Shown piece after piece: positions 28,101-40,419 of a DNA stretch of 64,000 bases. The notes beneath the pieces are model-generated. The model did no database searches. It saw nothing but the letters and a program-made list of their open reading frames with translations, and was not told where the DNA came from. A program made the position numbers and the translations under genes. Origin of the DNA: Octopus sinensis. Taxonomy: Eukaryota. Within the stretch, counting starts at the first letter, position 1. Every line of letters begins with the position of its first letter. The stretch covers positions 186,001 through 250,000 of the forward strand of contig NC_043000.1 in the NCBI RefSeq assembly GCF_006345805.1. The letters are read 5' to 3'.

Positions 28101-28567
28101 TTGCCTCGGTAGTATAGTGGTATACTTTAAGGAAATTACTTCTCCCCAAATACTAGGTATTGAACCAGTATTTCCTTGGATGAAACCATCTCTTCATGAG
28201 GTTAACACAACCTCTAATCGAATATGAATGTAAATCGGTGCATTGTTCATTGTATTATGTCGTCTAGCTGGCATCTGTATCGTCATAAATGCATCATAAT
28301 TTAACCAGCTGTTACAAACGTCAACCATTTCAATTCAGGTATTTCATTTGTTATTATTCAGTTTTACATAAACAATAAGTCTTGACAAGATCTGAATATA
28401 AGGCAAAGTCATAAATACATGCACTGCTATATATGTATATATACACCTAGGTCAAGAAATCGTGATGTCTAAGGATATAAGTTAGTAATTAGTATCATCT
28501 TTGAAATAATATATACTGTGTATAAATGTATTTTGTAGTGGGTGACCAAGATTTCAATGCATATATA

Positions 28568-29040
28568 CCGTAAATCCTCGAGTATAATCTGCATTTTTTC
28601 CCCAAAATTTAAAGGTCAAAATCTCTAGTGCGTACTATATACGGGGTTAAACATGAAAATTATTTTCTAAGCAATGTCCGGCAATGTTTATTCAGACGCA
28701 TTTTGTGATGTCGGGCGCGAAAATACCTTATGCTAAACCTGAAAGCAATGAAGTCATAAAAGAATCATCCATAACTTGCAGTAAGCAACATTTATTAAAC
28801 GTTATTACTGTTATTTCTTTATTTTCTGCACACAAAATGCACAAAAAAGCTACACGTTTGCATTATGTTATATATACAATAATAACAAAGGACGTTACCA
28901 TATACATTTTTACAAACCAAGGACGTTATATAGACCTCCTTGACTCAAGTTAGAGAAGGTTTAGGTTTTTCAGAGGTACAGCTCCCTAAAAATCCCCTGC
29001 TTATTATACTCAAGGGCGGATTATACTCGAGGATTTACGG
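28568..29040. mobile_element. MITE, pogo/Tigger-like
   Basis: 22 bp perfect TIR ccgtaaatcctcgagtataatc / gattatactcgaggatttacgg, with TA on both flanks. Confidence 0.85.
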
Positions 29041-29163
29041 TAGTTAGATTTCACAAATGATGAACAACGTTACGAAGATAAACATATCTTAATGAATGGA
29101 ATGTCTTCATGTGGCCAGAATAGGAATGCTTAAAAATAATATTAACTATATTGTGAGTAAGGA

Positions 29164-30033
29164 TACGGGAGTACCCAAAAGAAACCGGAATTTTACAATA
29201 CTATTTTATTCACTTAGTTTATCATGTTTACACTTTTATCGCTTTCAATGTATTCTCCATTTGAAGCAATGCATCGGTCTAGGAGTGTTTTCTACAATTC
29301 GAAGCAGTGCTGGAACTCTTTCGAAGTGATACGTTTTAACACATCCGTGGTTTTTTTTTTTGTCTTCACTTCTTCCACATATGCAAATTCCGTAGCACCA
29401 GCTTTCGTCACCTGTGATAACCGCCGGAAAAAGGTCCAGATCAACTTCCAACTGCTCTTTCAGTTCACGACACGCATTTAGTCGTGACTGCTTTTAATTT
29501 GTAACACAAATTTTGCTACAACGCTTTTCATTCGCAATTCCCCGCTCAAAATTCAGTGGATACACCAGTCACATCAACAAGTTCGTCAACTCTTTGGCGA
29601 CCATCCTCGAAGATCAGTTCATGAATTTTGGTGATGTCTTCATTCGTTCGAGAGGTCGACGGTCACTCTGAAAGAGGTTGGTCTTCAAGAGAAAAGTGAC
29701 TATTCTTAAAGTGTGAAAAACCACTCGTAAACTTGTGTTTTACTCATGGCAGCGTCCTTGTAAGCTGTTTGAAGCATGACATCTGTTTCAGCCCTCGTTT
29801 TTACCCAGCAGAAAACAGAATTTCGTTTCAGCCACTGCAAAAGTCAACGAACAGGAGAGAAGCACGGCAAAACAAAGACGTACCACCTAGCAAGTACGAC
29901 CTCACTGGACGACGCTGACCGGCAGACTGATGCCCAAGGGTTGTATCAAGCAGCTCCTAGCGGTGGAAGCCTGAACTACAATGGTTTTGCCCCATAGAGA
30001 ACGTTTCCGGTTCCTTTTGGGTACCCCTTCATA
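29164..30033 (-). mobile_element. Internally deleted mariner with both TIRs
   Basis: TIRs ...gtacccaaaagaaaccggaa / ttccggttccttttgggtac.... Minus-strand motifs DLFPAVITGDESWCYG and DRCIASNGEYIES. Confidence 0.8.
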
Positions 30034-30313
30034 CAATAAATACAAACAGATAATGTTCAGATTCGAGCAGATACCTAAAATCCAATAACAAATTATGGGA
30101 AACGGAACCTGGGAAACAATAGCTGGCTATGGGCAATGTAGCGGTCGCACTAATGAACTATATTAGGTAAAAGTTTGCTTTAAGCAAGCAATATAACCCC
30201 TTCTAAATTTTTTAGTTTTGGGATTTTCAGAAAAGTTTTGCGAATTTATATTCTACGCACGGGTATTTATACGATTATGCAAAAAAAGAAAATGATCTGG
30301 TGCACAATTTAGG

Positions 30314-30697
30314 AGGAAGCACTCCGTCGGTTACGGCGACGAGGGTTCCGGTTGATCCGATCCACGGAACAGCCTGCTCGTGAAATTAACGTGTAAGTGG
30401 CTGAGCACTCCACAGACACGTGTACCCTTAACGTAGTTCTCGGGGATATTCAGCGTGACACAGAGAGTGACAAGGCCGGCCCTTTGAAATACAGGTACAA
30501 CAGAAACAGGGAGTAAGAGTGAGAGAAAGTTGTGGTGAAAGAGTACAGCAGGGATCACCACCATCCCCTGTCGGAGCCTCGTGAAGCTTTAGGTGTTTTC
30601 GCTCAATAAACACTCACAACGCCCGATCTGGGAATCGAAACCGCGATCCTACGACCGCGAGTCCGCTGCCCTAACTACTGGGCCATTGCGCCTCCAC
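30314..30697 (-). mobile_element. SINE-D (tRNA-Arg(TCG)-like head)
   Basis: Reverse complement of the 44101-44487 element; degenerate TSD gcacaatttagga/gcacgatttaaga. Confidence 0.85.
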
Positions 30698-30905
30698 GCA
30701 CGATTTAAGAACTACTTTGCTGTCATTTTTAGTACATTTCGTGACCACCTCATTTGTTTGTCAGACTGACGTATTGATGTTCCATTGCTGGGATTTAAGC
30801 CCCAAAATTCAGACTGTCCATTTTAAACAGTGATTTTAAAGAAGATTAGGAAAATTAAAAGAAAACAATTTTTTATGGTCGTGTGAATTTCCTTGTGTAG
30901 AATAC

Positions 30906-31050
30906 TATTAGGTTGTCCCAAAAGTTCGTAAACACTTGCGAAAATTGAATTTTTACTCGCCAAGTACTAACAAAAACAACAAAAATTATTCCTCAAAATA
31001 AAGACCATTATTTTCCAAGACTTTCTACGAACTTTTCGGACAACCTTATA
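30906..31050. mobile_element. Short mariner-type MITE
   Basis: TIR taggttgtcccaaaagttcgta / tacgaacttttcggacaacctta. Confidence 0.7.
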
Positions 31051-31122
31051 ATTTGCAAAACTTTTCTGAAAATTACAAAAAATAAAAAAAATTATGAAGG
31101 ATTAATGCAGAATTCCGCCCTA

Positions 31123-32074
31123 TATTCTTTTCTAATCTAGGCGCAATGCAGAAAATTGTGGGGGAGGGGGCCAGTCGATTAGATCGACTCCAGTACGCAA
31201 CTGGTACTTAATTTATAGAACCCGAAAGGATGAAAGGCAAAGCCGACCTCGGCGGAATTCGAACTCAGAACGCAGCGGCAGACGAAATACCTATTTCTTT
31301 ACTACCCACAAGGGGCTAAACACAGAGGGAACAAACATGGGCAGACAAACAGACTAAGTCGATTATATCGACCCCAGTGCGTAACTGGTACTTAATTGAT
31401 CGATCCCGAAAGGATGAAAGGCAAAGCCGACCTCGGCGGAATTCGAACTCAGAACGCAGCGGCAGACGAAATACCTATTTCTTTACTACCCACAAGGGGC
31501 TAAACACAGAGAGAACAAACATGGGCAGACAAACAGACTAAGTCGATTATATCGAGCCCAGTGCGTAACTGGTACTTAATTGATCGGCCCCGAAAGGATG
31601 AAAGGCAAAGCCGACCTCGGCGGAATTCGAACTCAGAACGCAGCGGCAGACGAAATACCTATTTCTTTACTACCCACAAGGGGCTAAACACAGAGAGAAC
31701 AAACATGGGCAGACAAACAGACTAAGTCGATTATATCGAGCCCAGTGCGTAACTGGTACTTAATTGATCGACCCCGAAAGGATGAAAGGCAAAGCCGACC
31801 TCGGCGGAATTCGAACTCAGAACGCAGCGGCAGACGAAATACCTATTTCTTTACTACCCACAAGGGGCTAAACACAGAGAGAACAAACATGGGCAGACAA
31901 ACAGACTAAGTCGATTATATCGAGCCCAGTGCGTAACTGGTACTTAATTGATCGATCCCGAAAGGATGAAAGGCAAAGTCGTCCTCGGCGGAATTTGAAC
32001 TCAGAGCGTAACGGCAGACGAAATACGACTACGCATTTCGCCCGGCGTGCTAACGTTTCTGGCAGCTCGCCGCC
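31123..32074 (-). repeat. SINE-A pentamer, 184 bp period
   Basis: Junction gaaatac|ctatttc at 31290, 31474, 31658 and 31842. Single head at 32026-32074; tail2 at 31123-31200. Confidence 0.95.
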
Positions 32075-32718
32075 TTCCGCTCTTTATTAACATTAATAAG
32101 CGATTGATGGGCAGAGACATCAACAACAAAAGTAGGACTTTTCGCTTCGTATATAGAATATGTGTGTTAATAAATTATCTACCAAAATGTTTTTAAAAAG
32201 CATCTCCTGCGAACGTACTGAATTGCGTTGTGCAAAAAAAAAGCAGTCGAGCCTAGAGTAAGGGAGGGAACTCACATGGCGTCTCTTTTTTTTTTATTTA
32301 TTTATCTATTTGACTCAGTAAATCAAATATTTTAAGAAGCAGAACGCAACCCAATTTTGATAACGAGCAAAATTATGCTATTGCCACAGCAGTTGTTTCT
32401 AAAAATGTAAAAATAAAAACCTAAAGCTTGCTGATATTATTTAGGACACTTAGTTTTATTTTTATACCTAACCATTAGCAGAATGCTGTGCTTAAATTAA
32501 TCTACAGGGCAAGTTTTGAGAACTGATAACGAATAGCTTGAATCAATAAAGCAGAAATATTGCTAGAGAACACAATTTCTAATAAATACTTGAATATTAC
32601 AAATGTATCTTATAACCGATTTTTCCTTTACTGCGACACGCACGCACACACACACACATATGATACGCATACACATTCACACAGACGAAACACTCACTCA
32701 TACACACATGTGTGTATC

Positions 32719-32755
<37 letters not shown>

Positions 32756-33153
32756 ATGTATAGGCGCATGACTGGCTGTGTGGTAGTAGCTTGCTTACCA
32801 ACCACATGGTTCTGGGTTCAGTCCCACTGCGTGGTATCTTGGGTAAGTGTCTTCTGCTATAGCCTCGGGCCGACCAATGCCTAGTGAGTGGATTTGGTAA
32901 ACGGAAACTGAAAGAAGCCCTTCGTATATATGTATATATATATGTGTGTATGTGTGTATGTGTTGCTTGACAACCGATGTTGGGGTGTTTACGTCCCCGT
33001 CACTTAGCGGTTCGGCAAAAGAGATCCGTTAGAATAAGTACTGGGCTTACAAAGAATAAGTCTCGAGGTTGATTTGCTCGACTAAAGGCGGTGCTCCAGC
33101 ATGGCCGCAGTCAAATGACTGAAACAAGTAAAAGAGTAAATATATATTTATAC

Positions 33154-33194
<41 letters not shown>

Positions 33195-33290
33195 CACATA
33201 AGTATGTATGTATGTATGTATGCATGTATGTATGTATGTATGGTTGGTGTGTTAATTAAAAAGGCATTAAAATTATTCTCCGTAGACACA

Positions 33291-33339
<49 letters not shown>

Positions 33340-33602
33340 TATAATAATAATATAAATATATAGGTATATGCATATATACATACATATATGTACATACCTA
33401 CTTATATATGTATATATACATGCATATATGGGTACAGGACATCAAAAAAACGTTGACCAGAATAGAGAAACGAAAACAAAAATAAAAACATAGAAAACGA
33501 ACTTTTTTTTCGAACAACGGAAAAAACAGAGAAACGAGACATGCAACATAAAGAATATTCCCCTTCATCAGTTGTCTACGTATGTATATGTATAAATATA
33601 TG

Positions 33603-34134
33603 ACGCAGGAGTGGCTGTGTGGTAAGTAGCTTGCTTACCAACCACATGGTTCCGGGTTCAGTCCCACTGCGTGGCACCTTGGGCAAGTGTCTTCTACTAT
33701 AGCCTCGGGCCAACCAAAGCCTTGTGAGTGGATTTGTTAGACGGAAACTGAAAGAAGCCTGTTGTATATATGTATATATATATATATATAGGAGTGGCTG
33801 TGTGGTAAGTAGCTTGCTTACCAACCACATGGTTCCGGGTTCAGTCCCACTGCGTGGCACCTTGGGCAAGTGTCTTCTGCTATAGCCTCGGGCCAATCAA
33901 AGCCTTGTGAGTGGATTTGGTAGACGGAAACTGAAAGAAGCCTGTTGTATATATGTATATATATATATATATATAGGAGTGGCTGTGTGGTAAGTAGCTT
34001 GCTTACCAACCACATGGTTCCGGGTTCAGTCCCACTGCGTGGCACCTTGGGCAAGTGTCTTCTGCTATAGCCTCGGGCCAATCAAAGCCTTGTGAGTGGA
34101 TTTGGTAGACGGAAACTGAAAGAAGCCTGTTGTA

Positions 34135-34176
<42 letters not shown>

Positions 34177-34771
34177 AGTGGCTGTGTGGTAAGTAGCTTG
34201 CTTACCAACCACATGGTTCCGGGTTCAGTCCCACTGCGTGGCACCTTGGGCAAGTGTCTTCTACTATAGCCTCGGGCCAACCAAAGCCTTGTGAGTGGAT
34301 TTGGTAGACGGAAACTGAAAGAAGCCTGTTGTATATATGTATATATATATATATATATATAGGAGTGGCTGTGTGGTAAGTAGCTTGCTTACCAACCACA
34401 TGGTTCCGGGTTCAGTCCCACTGCGTGGCACCTTGGGCAAGTGTCTTCTACTATAGCCTCGGGCCAATCAAAGCCTTGTGAGTGGATTTGGTAGACGGAA
34501 ACTGAAAGAAGCCCGTCGTATATATGTATATATATGTATATAAGTATGTGTGTATATATGTTTGTGTGTTTGTCCCCCCAACATCGCTTGACAACCGATG
34601 CTTGTGTGTTTACGTCCCCGTAACTTAGCGGTTCGGCAAAAGAGATCGATAGAATATGTACTGGGCTTACAAAAGAATAAGTCCCGGGGTCGAGTTGCTC
34701 GACAAAAGGCGGTGCTCCAGCATGGCCGCAGTCAAATGACTGAAACAAGTAAAAGAGAAAAGAGAAAAAGA
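33603..34771 (+). repeat. SINE-B 5'-half array (5 units, 183-199 bp) ending in one complete 3' half
   Basis: aggagtggctgtgtgg starts at 33607, 33790, 33975, 34174 and 34361, joined by variable (TA)n. Confidence 0.95.
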
Positions 34772-36622
34772 GAGATATAAATAAATAAATAGATATATAT
34801 ACACATAAATAAATACACACACATACAAAATTTGGAGGTAAATTTGACGATATTTTGTCACCGTTTTTGGAGAAGCGTTTGATATATTTATGGGTAAACA
34901 TTCAAAACAGTTAACGGCATTGGGACAATAAGATTACATTTGTACCTGTGAAAACCTTGGCTGACACTCAGGCCTGGAACCTATCTGAAGATTATAAAAT
35001 AATTCTCTCTTTTCACTGTTGCCATGCTGCAGCATCACTTTTAAACGAACAAATCGACCTCAGGCCTTGTTCTCTTTGTAAGCCTAGTACTTATTCTATC
35101 GCTCGCTTTTGTCGAACCGCTAAGTTACGGGGACGTAAACACACCAGCATCGGTTGTCAAGCGATGTTGAGGGGACAAACACAAGCATACAAACATATAC
35201 ACACACATACATACATAAATACATACATACATACATACATACATACATACGACGGGATTCTTTCAGTTTCCGTCTACCAAATCCACTCACAAGGCTTTGG
35301 TCGGCCCCAGGCTATAGTAAAAGACACTTGCCCAAGGTACCACGCAGTGGAACTGAACCCAGAACCATGTGGTTGGTAAACAAGCTACTTGCCACACAGC
35401 TACTTCTATGCCTATATCTCTGCATCATCATGATTCCCGCCGTGTATCAAAAGGCCGACATCATGGCTGCAGTTCAATTATTATGTTTTGCCTGACATTC
35501 TACTCCTTATAACTCCTTTTCCTTCAACCCGTAATTTTTATTCTCTCACTAACTCTCTAGCTGTTACCGCCCTCTCTTTAATATATTCCTCTCTACGGAC
35601 AACGAAAAACTAGCTAACAATTCGTTAGCAGTCAGAAACGTTAGCACACCGGGCGAAATGCTTAGTGGTATTTCGTCTGCCGTTACGTTCTGAGTTGAAA
35701 TTCCGCCAAGGTCGACTTTGCCTTTCATCCTTTCGGGGTCGATAAATTAAGTACCAGTTACGCACTGGGGTCGATATAATCGACTTAATCCATTTGTCTG
35801 TCCTTGTTTGTCCTCTCTGTGTTTAGCCCTTTGTGGGTAGTAAAGAAATAGGTTAGATCGTTCGCTATCAATATATATTATGTTGGTGCTGACTCCAAAA
35901 CGAAGAAGTCTTCCGCTTACAACGTATGGTTCTTTCTTTTCTTTAGAATGTATATTATTTATAAGTTACGAAAATGTTGACCGTAACTCAAGGTAACAAA
36001 GACATGAATACAATGAAAATACATTGAAATTTCTTTTTAGCTCGTCAGCTGTTATACATGCTAGGTACTTTTAAGTACTTCTATATCACATGTCTGTCAG
36101 TTATTAACTCACTCAAAGACAACCTAACCAACGTTTATCATATTACTTATTTCGAACACATGTTCACACATCAGATGATTTGTGCTCAAAAATGCTTACT
36201 GCAAAGACAACGTAGCTATTAAATCCATAGTTTTGTTGAAAACGTGCTATTCTACTACCAGATAGCGCATCTTTCAAGTTTCATCCATCTGTTCCTCGCA
36301 TATATACATATACGACAGGCTTCTTTCAGTTTCCGTCTACCAAATCCACTCATAAGGCTTTGGTCATGCCGAGACTATAAAAGGAGGCACTTTCACAAAG
36401 TGCTACGCAGTGCAACTAAACCCGGAACCTTGTGGTTGGGAAGCAAGCTTCTTACCACACAGCCACACCTGTACCTACGATGAACACGAGTTTATAATCA
36501 TTTGTTCCAAAGTATGTTTCACCAGTGCGGTTGTTTGAAACTGTACAAAGGATTTTTCTGTGAGCTTAGCCACAGCGGCTCATCACGGAACACTTGAACT
36601 GCATAACAGGAGTTAATATAAT

Positions 36623-36911
36623 ATGATTTTGATGATTTTGATTTTTCCAGTTTCAGCTCATGAGCTGTGGCCATGCTGGGGCACCGCCATTTGGTTTGCT
36701 ACATGATTTTACCTCACGAATGCTTTTTAGCAACTGCCATTTGGTGCATGAGAGAGTTCGATGCAGCTGCCCTCATCTGCACCTCCTGCCGTGAAGTTGG
36801 TTCATCCGGGACACCTGACAGGAAGAGATCCAGTCCTACTTTAAAGACATCCGCATCTACACCATGCAGGTCCCTCAGGTTCTTCGGGAGGATATTGAAG
36901 AGCTGTGGGCC
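36623..36911 (-). mobile_element. 5'-truncated CR1-type LINE 3' end
   Basis: Translates GPQLFNILPKNLRDLHGVDADVFKVGLDLFLSGVPDEP...HS*, similar to the C-terminus of the 14.6 kb LINE. Tail (CAAAATCAT)n. Confidence 0.8.
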
Positions 36912-37209
36912 TTATATATATATAGAAATTTCGAGAAAACAATAGAATAAATAAAAAAACAGTAAAGTTTCGAATGTTCTGCAAAAAGACTTAGTGAGAG
37001 TGGAATGGAAACGAAGAAATTTAGTAGTTAAAAGTATTTCCTTATGTAATAGGGAAATGTTTGATGACTTTTAAACAATTCACTGATTCATTTTTACATA
37101 TTTTTGTCAGATAACTTAGTTTTAAATTATCAGCCAGAAAATAAGCCCGTCATATGTATATTTTAAACAATTTGTGCTGATTCACATTAACAAAAATTCC
37201 AATAGTCAC

Positions 37210-37240
<31 letters not shown>

Positions 37241-37659
37241 GTACTTGTTTCAGTCATTTGACTGCGGCCATGCTGGAGCACCGCCTTTAGAGTGGTGAAA
37301 GAGTACAGCAGGGATCACCACCTCCTGCCGGAGCCTCGTGGAGCTTTTAGGTGTTTTCGCTCAATAAACACACACAACGCCCGGTCTGGGAATCGAAACC
37401 GCGATCCTCCGACCGCAAGTCCGCTGCCCTAACCACTAGGCCATTGCGCCTCCATATTATGTATATTATGTTTTCAACAAGTTTCCTATTTTCTTGTACT
37501 TTGCAACTAAAATCACTAGCGTTCAACAACAAACTTGCGTAATAAAAGCCATCGAGTTTTTTTCAGTTACAATGCACGTAAAATCGCTGTTCGAAGTTTT
37601 TCTATTTTATCATTATAATGTAGCAAGCATAATTTTTAAAATGAGGTAGTTTTTGAGAA

Positions 37660-38390
37660 GCATTGTGACGTATAACTTTAAAGAATATAGTTGTGTAAAT
37701 CCAGAACAATTTGAGGAGGTACAAATAAAAATATACAATGAAAAGAAAAAGAACATAGTTGGAGTTTTACCTTGTATTTCTGTATATTGGGATGAAGCCC
37801 CACTTCTTCAGGGCATTCGGAAAAGCGGTGCTCGGAAAAAGTTTGTTACTCAGATGTTTGTAGCCCACGCCCCACCCTCACACATCTGCTGAACAAACTT
37901 TTTTCCAACCACCGCTTTTCCTAATGTCCTGAAGAAAGCCTTTACACCGAAAAATAGAAAAACGAAGTAAAACTGCAACGCTGTTCTGTTTTCTTTTCAT
38001 TTTGTAGTTTACATTGTGACCACCGTGACCGACCAGGCTATCAGATGTTGCTACACATCGCTAGTCACAATGCGCTTCGCATTGATTTAGCCTTCAAATG
38101 GCGCCACCCCGCTGGCTAAGCGAGCAGGCCAACAGAAGAAAGAGTGAGAGAAAGTTGTGACGAAAGAATACAGCAGGGATCGCCACCACCCCTGCCGGAG
38201 CATCGTGGAGCTTTAGATGTTTTTGCTCAATAAACACTCACAGCGCCCGGTCTGGGAATCGAAACCGCGATCCTATGACCGCGAGTCCGCTGCCCTAACC
38301 ACTGGGCCATTGCGCCTCCTCATAGTTTACATTATACTTTCACGAATTGTTCCGGATTTACACAACTACATTCCTCATAGTTTTTGAAAA
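37660..38390. repeat. Fold-back centred at ~37870, interrupted by a SINE-D variant
   Basis: 37804-37857 pairs with 37882-37936 (~85% by eye). Outer arms match once 38016-38322 is removed. Confidence 0.75.
38016..38322 (-). mobile_element. SINE-D head with an alternative tail
   Basis: 11 bp TSD tagtttacatt at 38005-38015 and 38323-38333. Confidence 0.85.
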
Positions 38391-38760
38391 TAGTAATCCC
38401 TACCTTAACAATACCAAAATATTGGAAATTAAGTCTTTCAAAAATAAACCTTCCCAAAGAAGAAACAAGTGTAATGTTATCTTCTGCGATCACCATAATG
38501 ACTGGACAAGTTGGGGGCAATAAAGATCGGAGATGCTTTGATCCATGCAAAATCTGCAGAAGCTACTCGGAGGTTTTGCAAGTTTATCTTCTAAATTCAT
38601 CGCAATGTTGTCTTACGGTTACAGTCGTTTCATCTTTTTGTCTGAACACTTTGCCTGAGTCGGGCAGCGAAAGTGTCTCCTACTATAGCCTCGGTCTGAC
38701 CAAACCCTTATGAGTGGATTTGGTAGACGGAAACTGAAAGAAGCCCGTCGTATATGTATA

Positions 38761-39000
38761 TAGGCGAGGTCTGATCAATAAGTATCCGGACTGTTGCTAT
38801 AGTAACGAAGCTAAAGCACGCAAAGTAAAGCTGCTTGGAAAAGAATGACCTTGAGCTCTGTTGTGGATGCACACTAAATTTTAATGTTCTAGCTCACTTC
38901 CGCTGTTTACAGCTGTGCTTGGAAAGAACGTGTGTAGCGTGTGATCGTCGCATTGACCATGACAGAGAAAGTTGTCATGGTGATACCTGAATTTGTCTTT
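38761..39000 (+). mobile_element. Mariner left-end fragment
   Basis: TIR cgaggtctgatcaataagtatccgga and start atgacagagaaagt; same family as the element at 60922. Confidence 0.7.
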
Positions 39001-39344
39001 GCTCATGGGAAGATTCCACTTACAGTCTCTTATCAAGAATAACCATTTCAAGGTAGTTTCAACCGCCATTGCTATTTTCTTAATGACATTTTTCAGTTGT
39101 TTCAATTTCTGCTAGAAATAGCGCACCGATCAATCTGGAAGGTCGCAGTTACAGACTCCAATAGTGAATTATGCTGAGAAAAATCACATCATTTTAGTAC
39201 ATTAAACAAAATGTTTGTGTGTATTTTATCTTAAAAGCACTAAGTCAACAATTGGTATTAGTATTACTATACGTACTGGCATTTTTAACAGATGAAAGCA
39301 ATTCTCGCATTACACTGAACAAATGAACATTCTCATTCTTATAG

Positions 39345-39800
39345 CTTATCATCATCATTGTTCGACCGTGGTCGAGACAATGGAATTTACCATGCTACGC
39401 CAGACTTCACGGTCCATCATGGCATTACGGAGGTCCTGTTGCTGGATGCCTGTATCCCTGGAGATTACATCAGGGTAGGAGAGTGTGCGCCCTCTGGTAT
39501 TGCGAGTAGATGGCTTCCAGAGGAGAAGAGTAGAAATTACTTCTTTTTCAGCTCTACAACAATGTCCAGCCAACTGGACTCTCCTACCTTTCACAAGAGA
39601 TGACACAGGTGGTAGTTTCCCATATATTTGCATTTTGGTTGGATGGCGCTTCCACGAGAGATTTTGAACTCTCATAAGGAGGCGAGTGTAGGTTCCATCC
39701 AACCGCCTCTCAAGCTTCTTTAATAGCGTCCAGGTTTCTGAGCCATATAGTAGAATTGGTTCGACTGTGGCTTTGAAGATTTCAAGTTTGAAGTCTATAC
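39345..39800 (-). mobile_element. 5'-truncated RTE-clade LINE 3' end
   Basis: IFKATVEPILLYGSETWTL...LAGHC.R...LLLWKP...DREVWRSMV; tail tgatgatgat. Confidence 0.85.
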
Positions 39801-40419
39801 TGCAAGGCCTCACATACATACACTGTCCAATCTTAGGTGATTTGGCTCTATATTTGTCTTTGCCAGCCCAACCACTCGTTCTCACCCATCCAAGTTCTGA
39901 CTTTAACAACAGGGCTAAAATGTTGCATTTTTACCGTCCGGCCATATTTTGTGGACCGCACCTAATATCCTTTATGGTTAGTGGCCGGCTGATTCAGGAC
40001 AAAACGTATAGATGATTCTTCCCTCAACTGATATATATTGCTGTTTTCCTTTTGCGGGTTACACCTTTTCTTAAATCTTTAAGATCCACTTATTTCAAAA
40101 TTAGAACCATAGGCTTGTAGCTTGTTATCATTATAACGTCTTGCTTTTGCTTTAGCGAGAACTTTTAAGGCAGACTAGAACGTCGTGCCAGGATGTAAAT
40201 GCCCACAAGGCACCTCTATGATATATGCAGTTAGAGAGATCAACTACTGAAACATGAGACTGAAAGTAGAATAGGATTTAGGTGATTAGTCCGAAATGAT
40301 CAGGAAGTATATGATACAGATGCTTGTATCATCAACTTAAAGTACTGAAAATATTAAAATATATGGTGACCAATGGAGAAGGCTTGTGTAAGCCAGAATC
40401 ATTGAAGACATTATTTACA

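Noticed and set aside
33555-33575. CTGATGAAGG (minus strand) as a hammerhead; similarly CTGAAGA at ~8160 and ~20370
   Set aside because: No stem II or GAAA in register; at most truncated relics.
31123-34771. Regularly spaced repeats as CRISPR-like arrays
   Set aside because: Units are near-identical ~184 bp SINE segments with no unique spacers, no cas genes, and a eukaryotic context.
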